Assembly: GCA_965113315.1 (NCBI GenBank)
Contig: OZ220368.1
DNA length: 64,000 nt
Reading direction: 5' to 3' (one strand)
From: Podarcis vaucheri
Taxonomy: Eukaryota
Shown piece by piece: positions 42,146 through 54,272 of the stretch; the stretch's first letter is position 1; each line of letters opens with the position of its first letter. A program made the translations under genes and the position numbers. Under the pieces are notes generated by a model, which worked only from the letters and a program-made list of their open reading frames with translations, did no database searches and was not told where the DNA came from.

Positions 42146-42216
42146 CTTTGGATCGAGTGGAGATATCCATCCCTTCCACCACCTCCTGCTCTGCCTTTAT
42201 TTCTTCTTCAGCCAAG
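42146..42216 (-). CDS. ZMYND8: ZMYND8 exon 2 (LAEEEIKAEQEVVEGMDISTRSK)
   Basis: ttag|C TTG GCT...AAA G|gtgag; 71 nt; contains the internal Met of MDISTRSK. Confidence 0.95.
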
Positions 42217-44399
42217 CTAAGAAAGCAAAGAGATACTTAAGATTATTATTTTCACACTGTAGTTTACATATTGCGGCCTTAAAGAGGAAGGGAAGCTGAC
42301 TAGCAGCCTGATTCTCACTTCCATGTGCTACTGCAGTGGATGGGTAGGGTGGCAACAGCGGAGTTAATACTCTCATCCAAATTTCAACACTACGAGTACA
42401 CACCAACCTCATAAGGATCTCTGGTATGCTATCACCTACACATACCAATGGGGACAGGAAAGAGGAGGGGTCAAAACAGTTCTGAGCCTGACTAAGATCC
42501 TGAATCCACCTTTGCAAGAAATAATTTATGTTACCCATCAAAAATTGACAGTTCTGAGTAGTAGTAATGTCAACTCCTATAAGAAATGTTCAATACAAAG
42601 ATGTATTAGGTACATTTCGGAAGTACTGATACAATAAATTACATTGGTGTTTGATTTTGGATGGATAGACCTGTAAGTTGGATAAAATGCCTAAGAACCT
42701 GACCTGTTCCAATATCCTTTTTTCATTATCAGAAGTAGAAGATTGCAAGTGCACATTTCATTATTCATATAATGTATTTGTTTTAGTGTTTAAATTGTAA
42801 ACCGTCTTGGGCACTTTGGAAGAAATATGGTATATAAATCCAATAAATAAATACAATGTTCAGTCTAAGAAAGATGGTAGAAAGCAGAGGAGGTAAGAGT
42901 TGTATGGGTTTCTATTGCGATTCTGTAAATGACAAATATACAGACTTCTAAGAGATAATATTCAAGGCACTATGGTGACTACACTTAGAGCATAGTCTGA
43001 AAAATTGTTTTCTAAAATACCATTGCAGCACCGTATTTAATATATTTTAAAAATCTGATACAAAATGAGAATAAATGAGTTGCCCACAAAAAACAAATTG
43101 CCATGGTGAACCCTAACCCTGAGACACAGAATGAAGTTTAGTGAATCTTAATGCACACATTTTTCATGAAAACTATTTGTGATTTTTTTTTAAAAAAAGT
43201 AATTTATAACATGATTACAACCATTAGAGCTTACTGGCAATTAGTTATTAAGATCATGTGGTAACAAGAACGCTTTCTTAAGGTGTGGTCTAACTCTCAC
43301 TTCTTTCAGGCAGCCTGGGACCACTCCTTCTTTTAGAGAGGGACTAATACATCTCTTTGGTCAGCTAGCAGTCTCTTCCTGTCATGTTATCTATCAACCA
43401 CAAGGGTCAAGGGCCAAGAACACAAACGGTCAACCATTCCCATCCACATCCTTGAACCTTATCAATTGAAACAAATTTTCCAACAACTGACCCGATAGCA
43501 CAAGGTACCCCTTACTGCTGATCCGCTACAATAGTAGAGTCTAGGTCCCCATGAATACAAGCAATTTTATTCTCAAAAGCCTTGCAAAAAGTCAATGCAG
43601 ACTACTATGTGTTCTACCACTTCCTTTCAGCCAGTATGTAAAAGCTCCATACTGTACTACTCTATAAAGCTCCACTGAATATGACACCAAGGGTGCAATG
43701 GAGGCAGAGAAGCAACTCTTCCTTGATGCTTTCCACCACAAAGCAGGCTCAACAGGGAATTTCCTAAGTGCGAGCAGTTTCTGAGCTCTGGGCACAATAC
43801 TGCACCTAAGATTTCAGATTAAAACTGCAGAGTGGAAGGAAAGGAGGACCTTTTTCTGTCTCCCCACTCCTAGCTACTCTCTGAAGACTGGAGAAGAGAT
43901 CCTTCTTAAGAATATTAGGAAAAGATTAGACCATGTGAAAAATGAATATTTTAGCTGTAGTTCATTCATTTTCAGCTGTGTGGTGTTCTTATAAACAAGT
44001 GTGTCTAAACATTTTGTTTTTGCGTCCATAACCTAGGTTTAGGGTGCCACTTAGCTCCTAGCTTTCATATCTCAGTTTCTAACACCTTACGAGCATGCAC
44101 TTGAGTTCAATTATATTGTTTGGAGACTTTCATCATTTGCATTCTAGCTGTTTTCCAACTGGTATCACTGCCTTCTGCTTTGTGGTATACCACAGTGCCA
44201 CCCCAGGCTTGGCTAAGTGGAAGAGAATACTCAGGAGCAATCATGTCATCTGCCTGGATCATTTCTATATCCGTGAGAGTGACCAGATCTTTGATATGGT
44301 TGCAAGACCTTGTCATCTGAGAGCCAACAGGAAACTAATAGGATATATTAGGGCAGACCATTAGAGGGGGAAAGTTACTGTTAATCTGAACCTCAAAAG

Positions 44400-44850
44400 G
44401 TGAGCAGATCATGCCAAGGAAATGGTATCAAAACTGATCACCTTCAGATCACTCTCTTCCTACCCCACCAAGAAAATCAGGTCCGGTGTGTGATCAGCTA
44501 AGTGTGTTGGGCTGAAGACAAGTTGGGACAACCCTGTGAAGTCTTGAGCTGCCCCAGAAACAGCAGCCTCAGCATGGATGTTAAAATGCCTCAGGACTGA
44601 CAGCCTGGAGAATCTTAACACCACATCCCAGATGCTCAGGCGGGGAGACTGTCGGGAGCAAGGAGCAAACGCAATCCCTAACCTGTCCTGTTCATCCAGT
44701 GCCAGGCACAACATCAGGAACACAGAAACCAGAAACAGAAGTATCAATTTATACGGACAACTTCCTCAAGCCTTAGGATCTGCTCTGGTGATGAACTAAA
44801 AACCCTGGCAGACACAACCTGGAAAAACCACCCCTTCCCTGCTTTCCAGG
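44400..44850 (-). mobile_element. L2 LINE AP-endonuclease fragment
   Basis: ORF 44460..44747: VLRHFNIH...GLSQLVFSPTHLADHTPDLIF, a decayed GDFNIH...PTH..GHTLDL motif set. Confidence 0.8.
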
Positions 44851-45544
44851 CTTTGGTTATACAAGTCCAGTTTGTCTCCATAGCTGAGGGGAAACATGGG
44901 AGTTTATTCTTACTGCAATATGCTTCAGTCAAAAAGCAGGAAATTGTTTTATGGCTCTCCAAATGTCTGAGACTCATAGGAGCTGCCAATACCTGTGAAA
45001 CCTGCCCAGTTGCCACCAACCAGAATAATACAGAATATAAATGATTAGATGGCAGAGGTTCAAATAGGACACAGCAGGAATACTTAAGGTCATGAAATAA
45101 CAAGAATTCAAGGCCCTGCATTCTGTTTCTAAAAACAGTTGGCCATATGTCTCTGGGAAGCTCACAAAAGGCAATCATCCATGGCTTCATAATTCATGCC
45201 TTATTAGCCCAGTGTGTTAAATGACATTAAGCCAGAGTTCCCAGTTTCAGGCAAAATGGGTAACTTTGGCTTAATGGATTTCCACATTGAACCTAGTGCA
45301 CAGTGGGAAAAAGAAGAGTGAGAGAAGTCTTTGAACCCATGGCTTTGTAAACCATGTAAACCATGCCTAAAGACAAATGCCTAAAGGTGGCCACTGAAGG
45401 CATGATGGCAATAGTCATTCTCTCTTTGATCACCTCTTGCACTTAGTAATCAATACATACCACATATGAACTGGAAGTTCCCATTATTAACTATCATGTT
45501 TAACGGCTATCAAATCTGTCCTGTAGAAATTGTCTAATCTTTTA

Positions 45545-46130
45545 ATGATGGTGCCCTAGGGAGAACATTTCATAAGGAAGCAGCTACTAAAAAGGTTAAT
45601 TCTTGTGTCGCCACAGGGCCTCCTGTGGAGGTGGCACATGGAGAAGGGTCTCAGATGACAATTGCAGGGTCTGGGTTGGTTTATATGGAGACAGCTGGTC
45701 CTTGAGGTCCTGAGCTACACAACATTCTATAGGTCAAAACCAGCACTTTGAAATTGGCCCAGAATCTAATTGGAAGCCAGTGCAGACAGACCAAGATTAG
45801 TGTTATGTACTCAGACCATACATATTGTCCTGGTGAGCATCCAGGAAGCTGAATTCTATACTACCTGCAGTTCCCAAATGATCTTCAAAGGCAGCCCCAA
45901 GAGCAATAAATTGAAGTAATTAACATAGAGATTACCAGAGCGTAGAAAACAGAAACTAGGCTCTTCGTGTCCACATTGGAGCATAGGTGGGCCACTCCAT
46001 GCCACCAAAGTCAATTAAGCCTCAAGCAACAGTGATGGAACCAGAAGTAACCCCAAGCTATGTGACTGCTCCTTTAGAGAGAGTGTAACCCCATCCAGAG
46101 CTGGCAATTTCACATCCATCTGGTGTAAGG
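45545..46130 (-). mobile_element. L2 LINE ORF2 3' region
   Basis: ggtcaaaaccagcactttgaa..ggaagccagtgcag, cttcaaaggcagcccca; reverse-complement relative of the 1390-2270 element. Confidence 0.7.
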
Positions 46131-46259
46131 AACTACGCAAATGCTGTATTTTATTTATTTATTTATTTATTGAATTTATATGTCTCAGGGCAGTTCATCC
46201 TCTTTAGCCTTCCTTACAACTAAGACTGTGTCTATTATTCCATTTGCTATTGTCTACAC

Positions 46260-46395
46260 CAGGCATAGGCAAACTCGGCCCTCCAGATGTCTTGGGACTA
46301 CAACTCCCATCATCCCTGTCCACTGGTCTTGTTAGCTAAGGATGATGGGAGTTGTAGTCTCAAAACATCTGGACGGCCGTGTTTGCCTATACCTG
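46260..46395. mobile_element. Palindromic hAT-type element (136 bp), well preserved
   Basis: caggcataggcaaac / gtttgcctatacctg TIRs; perfect 8-bp TSD gtctacac. Confidence 0.92.
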
Positions 46396-46652
46396 GTCTA
46401 CACCAGCTCCAGCTCTAGAAGAGCCAACATGACAAGGAGAACACAGTAACAGCATACAGAGCTTGCTTTGGGAATCTTTGCCGGTTGCTTGGTATCCAGA
46501 ATAACTTGGTAGTCATTGTTAAACTTGAGAACCTGGTTCTTTATCCACAACTAGATCATTTATGCATAGCTTAAATTATACAAATTCCGTAACAATTCTT
46601 GGGGAAGCCCACTATGCTCATCTTCTCCTTGTTTTTAAGCAACTAATGATCT

Positions 46653-47007
46653 GTAAGGTAAAGGTAAAGGGACGCCTGACCATTAGGTCCAGTCGTGGCT
46701 GACTCTAGGGTTGTAGCGCTCATCTCGCTTTATTGGCCGAGGGAGCAGACGTACAGCTTCCAGTTCATGTGGCCAGCATGACTAAGCCGCTTCTGGTGAA
46801 CCAGAGCAGCGCACAGAAACACCGTTTACCTTCCCACCGGAGTGGTACCTATTTATCTACTTGCACTTTGACGTGCTTTCGAACTGCTAGGTTGGCAGGA
46901 GCAGGGACCAAGCAACGGGAGCTCACCCTGTCGCGGGGATTCGAACAGCCGACCTTCTGATCGGCAAGTCCTAGACTCTGTGGTTTAACCCACAGCGCCA
47001 CCCGCGT
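46653..47007 (-). mobile_element. Sauria SINE (Squam1), near full length, lacertid type
   Basis: Minus strand starts acgcgggtggcgctgtgggttaaacc (A box), gttcgaatcc (B box), ends in (ACCTTT)n. Confidence 0.92.
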
Positions 47008-47955
47008 ACAATGCCCTAATTCATTCTTTAGGAGTCAACTGCCAAAAATCTTTTTCAAAGTATTTAGAATATTCTGAACTAATTTCTATCTACATATTTG
47101 CAGATAAGATAATATTCTCTTTGCAGGCATGACAGAAATAGATACAATAAATTACTCCTGCCTCTTCTCTGCTGCTCTTCCAAATCCCCCACAGTTCTGA
47201 AATTTCTAAATTTTCTAAAATTGTGCAAGACAACAGTTAACACATTTTAGTGGTAAAACAGAATACTTTTTTATAAATAGATTAAGGATAGGACCATAGA
47301 TTTGACTTCACATCTCTGTTATATACACTACTCTATCAGGATCCCAAGATCAGTGAAACATTATACAGATATATGTTTACCAATTGTCACAATGGTTTTG
47401 CATTATGGGGCTAGAATATCCCTGCATTTTCTGGCAGCTATAAAAACACACTGGTTCCACTTATTAATTGGGGTTATAGCAGTGAAATTTTGTACATAGA
47501 GAATAACCTTCCATTTTAATTGTAATCACACTACATGTAATTTAAGGAACGTTCCAAACCCAAGGTTCACTGGGATGTCTAAGTGAAGATCCAGAGGATC
47601 TCCAGCTCAACCAGGCCGTGTCGGCATATGCCCCACATTCTGGTTTAGCCAGAGATACACTGGCATAACTCCCTCAAACTGACTATGCTGGCTGAACTGA
47701 GACTGGTATATCTTCCACGAGCACAAGCCCTTTAAAATGGGTGTTTTGGGGGTGGGGTGGGCAGAATCTTAACACCGTTGCGCTTGGTCACAAGAGCTGG
47801 TGACCGCGCCAAACCTATAACATCAAAAGGGGGGGCTTACTGGTGTAAGTCAAATTCTATTTCTGTTTTCCCACTGCCAGTCTTAGGCCAGCTCAGCTGG
47901 CAGTAGCCCTGCTCTTGAACAGAGTTAGGAATGGGGTAATTTACACTGTTTTAAC

Positions 47956-48075
47956 TTTGTTGTTGTTGTTTAGTCGTTTAGTCATGTCTGACTCTTCGTG
48001 ACCCCATGGACCAGAGCATGCCAGGCAGTCCTGTCTTCCACTGCCTCCCGTAGTTTGGTCAAACTCATGGTGGTA
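47956..48075 (-). mobile_element. BovB (RTE) LINE 3' end
   Basis: tagtcgtttagtcatgtctgactcttcgtgaccccatggac..gccagg..aaactcatg; (CAA)n tail; gttttaac duplicated on both flanks. Confidence 0.85.
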
Positions 48076-48182
48076 GTTTTAACATAAGACAGTGTAAATT
48101 ATGCTGGCTTCTTGAAGTCAGGATTTCTGTGATACTCTTCTGAATTATAGCAGCTTTCCAAATCCTAAATACCGGGGGGGGG

Positions 48183-48387
48183 GGGGGGATAACTTCATAG
48201 TGGAGAACACACTGTGCATGGAAAAGGTCCCAAATTTAATCACTTGCCTCTCCAGGTAGAGCTGACAAAGACTTTGACACCCTGGAGAATCACTGCCAGT
48301 CAGTGCAGACAATACTGAGCTAAATGGACCAATGAACTGGACAGACCAATGATCTGCCTCTGTACACTGCAGCTTCTTATGTTTCTA
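48183..48387 (+). mobile_element. Squam3-type tRNA-derived SINE
   Basis: aaggtccca..ctccaggtag..accctggaga..ctgccagtcagtg.agacaatactgagcta.atggacca..gcagcttcttatgtt. Confidence 0.8.
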
Positions 48388-51300
48388 TTTAAAAAAATAA
48401 AGGTTCTAGCCTTTAATTCTCCATAAGAATTGTTTGCAGGCTGTTTAAATACAATATCTCATTCATCTCACCAGCAGTTTAAATAAAAGATTTAAAGAGA
48501 CAATCTCAAAAGAAAACATTTCCCAAACAGCTGTGATTCAGTACTTTTGCAATGCTTTTCCTTTCCCTAATACTCCTTTCTATTCTTTTGCTTTCTTAAA
48601 AATGGAAGTGCACTTTGACATCAAATGAAATGTAACCAGAAAGAAAATATTAAAGATAATGTTAAAGAAAACCAGTAAAAAACTGAGGGGTAAATATACA
48701 ACATCTTTCCTACCACATTCACCAACAATTCATTCAGCTCATTTTAGTAATCTGATATTTCTTGCCTTTTACTGTACATTTAAGAATATATTAGTCTAGA
48801 GCTGTGTACCACAAATAGTACTGAAGTTTCTACCACCACAAATATATATATTCTGTGAGAGAATTCTTTTCTTAGAAAAAGACACTGAAGAGAGCACTTC
48901 TGTGAGAAAATCTTTGCCAACAACATAACTGACTAAAATTTATATTAACTACAGCATTTATCAGGTTCAGTAACACACACTCAATTAAGTCTCAAATGTT
49001 AAAACAAAACTAAGTTGTTCCTCATATACTTTTTAACTTGCATGACAGAGATGATTTGCAAATGGAAGCTCTCCCCCTCCTTTATTTTTACAGGGAAGCT
49101 GGGAGATGGGAAGTAAAAAGGAGGGTTATAAATGAGCACAAACATACCCTATGGGTTTGCAGCATATCTATCTTTATCACAACTAAAAAAAGAATCATAT
49201 TTCCAATTTGCCTCCATAAGGTATTATAGGTTTTTTTTATTTATACAAATAAGATATATCCTTCAGAGAGTATCATTTCATTACACCCTGAATAATAAAA
49301 AATGAATGTAGAAACATCTGCATATTCCCTTATCCTAGGTTAACTATAGACAGCAATCAAAAGTTGTAGATGAACTGCTGCACCTTGACATTTAAACCAG
49401 GAAATCTGATATGGAAATCTACCTAGAAGATATTGCCCACATATATAATAGTATCAGTTATGGAAATTACTGTATTTAAGTTAATCTCAAGCACCATACA
49501 TTTCTGGAAGCTATTTCATTTAAATGAAAAACAATGTTTTAACATCATAAACATTTAAATTCATTTTTAGCTTCAAAGTAATTATTGCTGCTCTCAGATT
49601 GTGAGCAGCAATCATAAAATAAAATGTCCAGAAATTGCATTTAATAAGAAATTGGACAAAGTATTTTGCATGCCATTACTGAATAAATAGCATCTGTGTA
49701 TAAGCACTCACCTATAACAGTCTCTTACTCATCGGTAGCTATGCTATTTATGCAGGGATTCTTAAAATGGCGTCTGGCAGCACTGCATTGCCTCATTCCT
49801 ATACTGAAAGCTAAAATGGTAGCAATTTATTCAATAACTATGTCCCTTGTTTAAACAGCAGCACTGTATTCAAAGAAATCATCTCGGTAGCAGAAAAAAT
49901 GGTAAAAGATGACACAGTGATATCTGATAACCTAATGTGTAACTAAAATTCAGAAGACAGGGAGCTCTATGAAGTCACAGGTTACTAAGGAAATCCTTCC
50001 ATTTTAGATGCTGGCTTCAGTTTGCATGTGCAAGCACTGACAATGTTTCTCCAGTTACCCTGCAAAAAGCCTAATGTGTATTAAATTTAAATAATACTGA
50101 CAATACGTACAAGACAAATTAAGCAGTTTAAATCCAGATGCATACATACATTTTAAATGTGCTTTTTCCTTAAAAGCATGAGAAAGTGGTAATAATGTTC
50201 ACATATTACAGGATCTTGCAAGCAACTGTTTAATTAAGACTTATATGGCATAAATAGGTTTCTTATAATACTAACAGCTCAATCCCATGGAGAGGTTGAA
50301 TGCCTAAGCCAACTCTGGCTGAACACCTCCAAAATATGGAAACATAAATGAGTATATTCCTTTGTGCACAACCAACACTAGATTAGTGCTGTGAATATTA
50401 CCTCAGGATAAAGGTTTCTTTTTATCATATTTTGAATCACTCAGTGTCATGGGCTCTGATAATAAATTGTTATCACTGAAGGGGAAAAACATGTCTGATT
50501 GTAGCAAAATATGTCAAACTCAGCTTACATGTAACAGATTCTGTGGGGGGAAATACATTGGGCCCTGGTTTCTAACAACAGGCTTTGAAAGTCCAATCTT
50601 AAGGCCTAGTGCACCTATTTTGTGGTGCTATGTAGAGAATTTGGTACAAGCACAGCTCCCAGAATGCCAAGATGCCATCTGGGGCTCTTTAAGTTGATAC
50701 TCTTGGCTCAACAGAATCTAGGGCATAGCTGGCACTGAGACTTATCACTCTAGAGCGGATGACTACAAAGTAGCACCTGTCTTAGGGAGGATTGAATTTC
50801 TTTTATTTCTTGCCAGGTATAAAGCAAACATGGCTGCTTTTCTGAACGAGGGAGTGGGGAGAGTGGCCATTATACAGAGAAGCTCATGTACACGGATGTT
50901 ATATCTACAAATGTGTTGGAAAACCTAGGGGCTGTTTTGCATATGGTTCTTCCAATGTCAGCAAAGCAGCTGCTGAAGGAAGGGGGGGGGGGAAGAAGCA
51001 TTCTTTTTTGGACCCTTTACATAAGGAACCCTTTCCTTTCCCTGCAATGTCAAGTGCTATCAATAAGCTTACTCACTTCCATTTAGCTCAAAACTAAAAT
51101 AGTACTGCTACTCAGAATGAAAGGCATGTGGTCTTTTTAAAGCTAATGTTTTTGTTTTATTTTCTAAACCAGAACACTTTGTTTTTCGGTTCGGTTCTCT
51201 GTAGAGTCAATTACAAAAGTAACCGAATGATGTCTAAATAATAGTGGTGAATTATATTCATACTGGCCAAGCTAAAAAATTACGTAGCTGCTAAGAATAA

Positions 51301-51682
51301 ATAAATTGGAATTATACTACTTCCTTATTGCCAAAACTATTGTTTTCTATCAGAAGACCAAATCTCAGCTATGTTGCTTCATACAAACTACAGTCAACAA
51401 CAAAACTTTCAAGATTCAGTACTGTCTGGGCAAAAAGATTTAAGTATTCATCTACCCACCCTCTGTTGTTTAAAGACAAAAACATCACCTGGCTCAAAAA
51501 GGGTGGGATGGGTTGGCACACTGTGCTTCTAAGGATATGGCATCCATAAAAGTGACTGTTATACTTTGCAAAAACATTTCTTTTTAATTGGAATTCCTCA
51601 CTTTGGCTGAATTTGCTTTACTTTGATGGAACAAAGATGGGAGAAATTTCCAGAAGGCCTCTCTTAGCCTTGCTACAGTATT

Positions 51683-51750
51683 TGCCAATCTTTAACCTAT
51701 CCTCTGTTTCTATTGGCTCAGGCTCTCGAAAGAGCAGCATGATTGGTCTG
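51683..51750. promoter_or_regulatory. Cluster of three CCAAT boxes
   Basis: ccaat 51685, attgg 51712, attgg 51742; 27-30 bp spacing typical of NF-Y arrays. Confidence 0.35.
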
Positions 51751-54077
51751 ATCTGGAAACAACACTGCTGTCTCTCCTAGCCTCAGACATCTTGCTGCAA
51801 TGCAGACATTTATATTTTGTGAACTATGAAAGAATTAGCATTTGAACATTTAAAAGGGTGAACTTCAGGGGACTTGTGATGCTGTGTTTCATTATGTGCA
51901 CAAGGGTAGTCCATGCAAATATGCCTCCCCCTGTCAACAATACCTCTGTAGGTGCAGATTTGAGACACATCCTTCTTCAACAAAACCTAGGGGAGCCATT
52001 TTAATTCAAGCTCATTTTCTCCAGCTTCTTCATAAGATCATATTGTGTAATGTTAAGATTCCACACCCAGCTGCTAACGTGTAATAAAGTGCTGCAAGAA
52101 AAATACATCTGAGCACAGTTTTGACAACCATTGGAACTAAACATTTAAGGTATATTGGTAATAAGTTCTAAAATAGCATAAAAGCCCGATAATAAATGTC
52201 AGCTTCTTTAGAAATGGGGGGAGGGGAAGAGAACAATCTGAATTAGGTATTCTTAATGGTACATACTTTGGAGCTTTTCAACAAGCGATAGAGCTTAAGG
52301 ACAAAATCATAGTAAAAGGGATACTAGATAGCAGTTTATAATCATCATGAGGCCCCTGCACAAATGGTGACAAGGCATTCTTTCAGAAGATACATTTGTA
52401 TAATATTGTGAATTGCACTGTTACAAAACTATGCACAAACTGAACACACAGCAGAGTGTAATGCTGTGAGAAAATGTTAAATGAAAAGCTGCTTGTTGAG
52501 ACATGCATACAAAATATCTCAGTTCCAGATTATTTTAAAAGCACAAGATACTCAAAAGTGGTTCTAAAACCAAATTTCATGCTGGATGATATATCATAGG
52601 ATAACAAAAGCATAGAGTTACTGAAGGATAGCCTTATAACAATGTAGTAAATTACTTTGCTGAGAACTAGCACATTCATCACACTTCAAAAGCCTGAGGA
52701 AAGTCTGAATTGAGCTTTAACCTGCAAATGCATTAATTAAGGGGGTCTAGGAACAAAGAGTAAGCAGAATTTTGTTTTCAGAGGAAAACAGGAAGTATAC
52801 ATTTCATGTGTGGCAGAACATTGTGAAAAGCACTCTGTTTGAATGAACAGAATTTTGAGAATACAATAATATTTATTTTTACTGAACTAGCTATCCACAA
52901 AAATTCACTGGCTGGATTAATTTTGCCCTGTTAAAAGCAAAAGATTGAGAACTGTTTAAAATTATCAAAGAATAGCATACAAGTTTACTTACCAAGTGTT
53001 CAAGCAACCATCTCATTTCCCCCAGTAAATAGGATACAAGAAGCTGGCAGATTTGGGATTTGACCAAAAGGAAATTTTTGAAATAATTACGTAGCATCAT
53101 GCCAAAAACCAGAAAAGCCCGAAAAGGAGGAAAAAAATGAACATGTAATGCTCTCATGAACCACACATGATTTTATATCACTCCACCTCTGAGAACTGTG
53201 CCTGATTTTTTACAGAAGAGAAAAGCACAGTTAAAAAGTCAAATCGTTTTATCTGTACTAAATAAAAGGTAGATAATAGTTAAAAACTGAATTGTCTTTA
53301 AATAGGTAAGACACTGGAAGAGATGCATAACTATGCCTGGTGGATTCAGACCTAGACCTTAACTATTTCTAAAACCTACAATAAGAAAGTCATGTTTAAA
53401 GAGACAGCTTGTAAGCTATATATTCTCATCCAGAAAAATGCACACACTGCTTCTAAGGATCCTGTTAAAAAAGAGAGAGTTAAATATCCATTTTAAGTTA
53501 AGGCAAAACTGCACAAAAAACATGATGCAATAGCAATCCACCAGTTAGGCCCAGTATCTTCAATCTACTATTAGCACTATTTACTGCAGTCTAGGCTGCT
53601 AAAAATCCCATATTTTATCAGGGATAACGTAGCATAGCTCTTCTTTTCACTGTTTGAAAAGGTAAACTTGCCTGTTCTGCTGTCTGCCATTATCCCTGCT
53701 TGTCTCCCTGTAGGGCAGTTAAATGCATCTGCTCCCTAGCTTCCATTTTCTCTTCAGCAGGCATGTGACACAACAGACAATAGTGCAGGCAAACTGCTCA
53801 GACACAGAAAGCTGCTTTGGAAGAACAGTATCTTGACAAACTCTAAAAACCACCATCCCCTTGTGAAGAAGTATGTATGCAAACGTTTTGCCAGTCTGTA
53901 AAATAAAGCTATGGCTAATGGCTACTAAACCATGTGACCCAAGAAAGCAAATTTAAACATTTTCAACTTAATAAAGTGCTGTGGGGTGAGTTTTGCGCGA
54001 CAAATCACAGAGAATCACACTGTTAAACCACAACTCATAGGTTTTAGAGGAAAAAAATGTAAAAAAGTCAAGCTTAC

Positions 54078-54091
54078 CTCTGTGGATGCAT
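54078..54091 (-). CDS. ZMYND8: ZMYND8 exon 1 coding part (MHPQ-S)
   Basis: ttaacaATG CAT CCA CAG AG|gtaagc; 14 nt, phase 2 joins exon 2 (AG|C = Ser); matches the recalled vertebrate N-terminus MHPQSLAEEEIK. No upstream ATG in 54092-54190. Confidence 0.9.
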
Positions 54092-54204
54092 TGTTAACAC
54101 AGTGTTATGTCAATACTTATAAAAATGGAGGACAGGCTCTCAGTACTCAGACAGAAAGGGCTTGGCACTTCAGCTTGATGATCTGTCTTCCTAATAAAAG
54201 CTAA

Positions 54205-54272
54205 TCCTGGATTGGCTACTTTGGAAAATCTGAATGTAAAGCTTCAGGGGATTGGCTGAAACACTTCCTGAG
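54205..54272 (-). promoter_or_regulatory. Putative promoter of the MHPQS first exon: two CCAAT boxes and an ETS site
   Basis: AGCCAATCC twice on minus (attgg at 54211 and 54251, 40 bp apart) and CAGGAAGTG (54262-54270), 120-180 bp upstream of the ATG. Confidence 0.55.

Noticed and set aside
44400-46130. L2 endonuclease and L2 3' fragments as one long element
   Set aside because: On the minus strand the 3' region lies upstream of the endonuclease, the wrong order for one copy; more likely two insertions.
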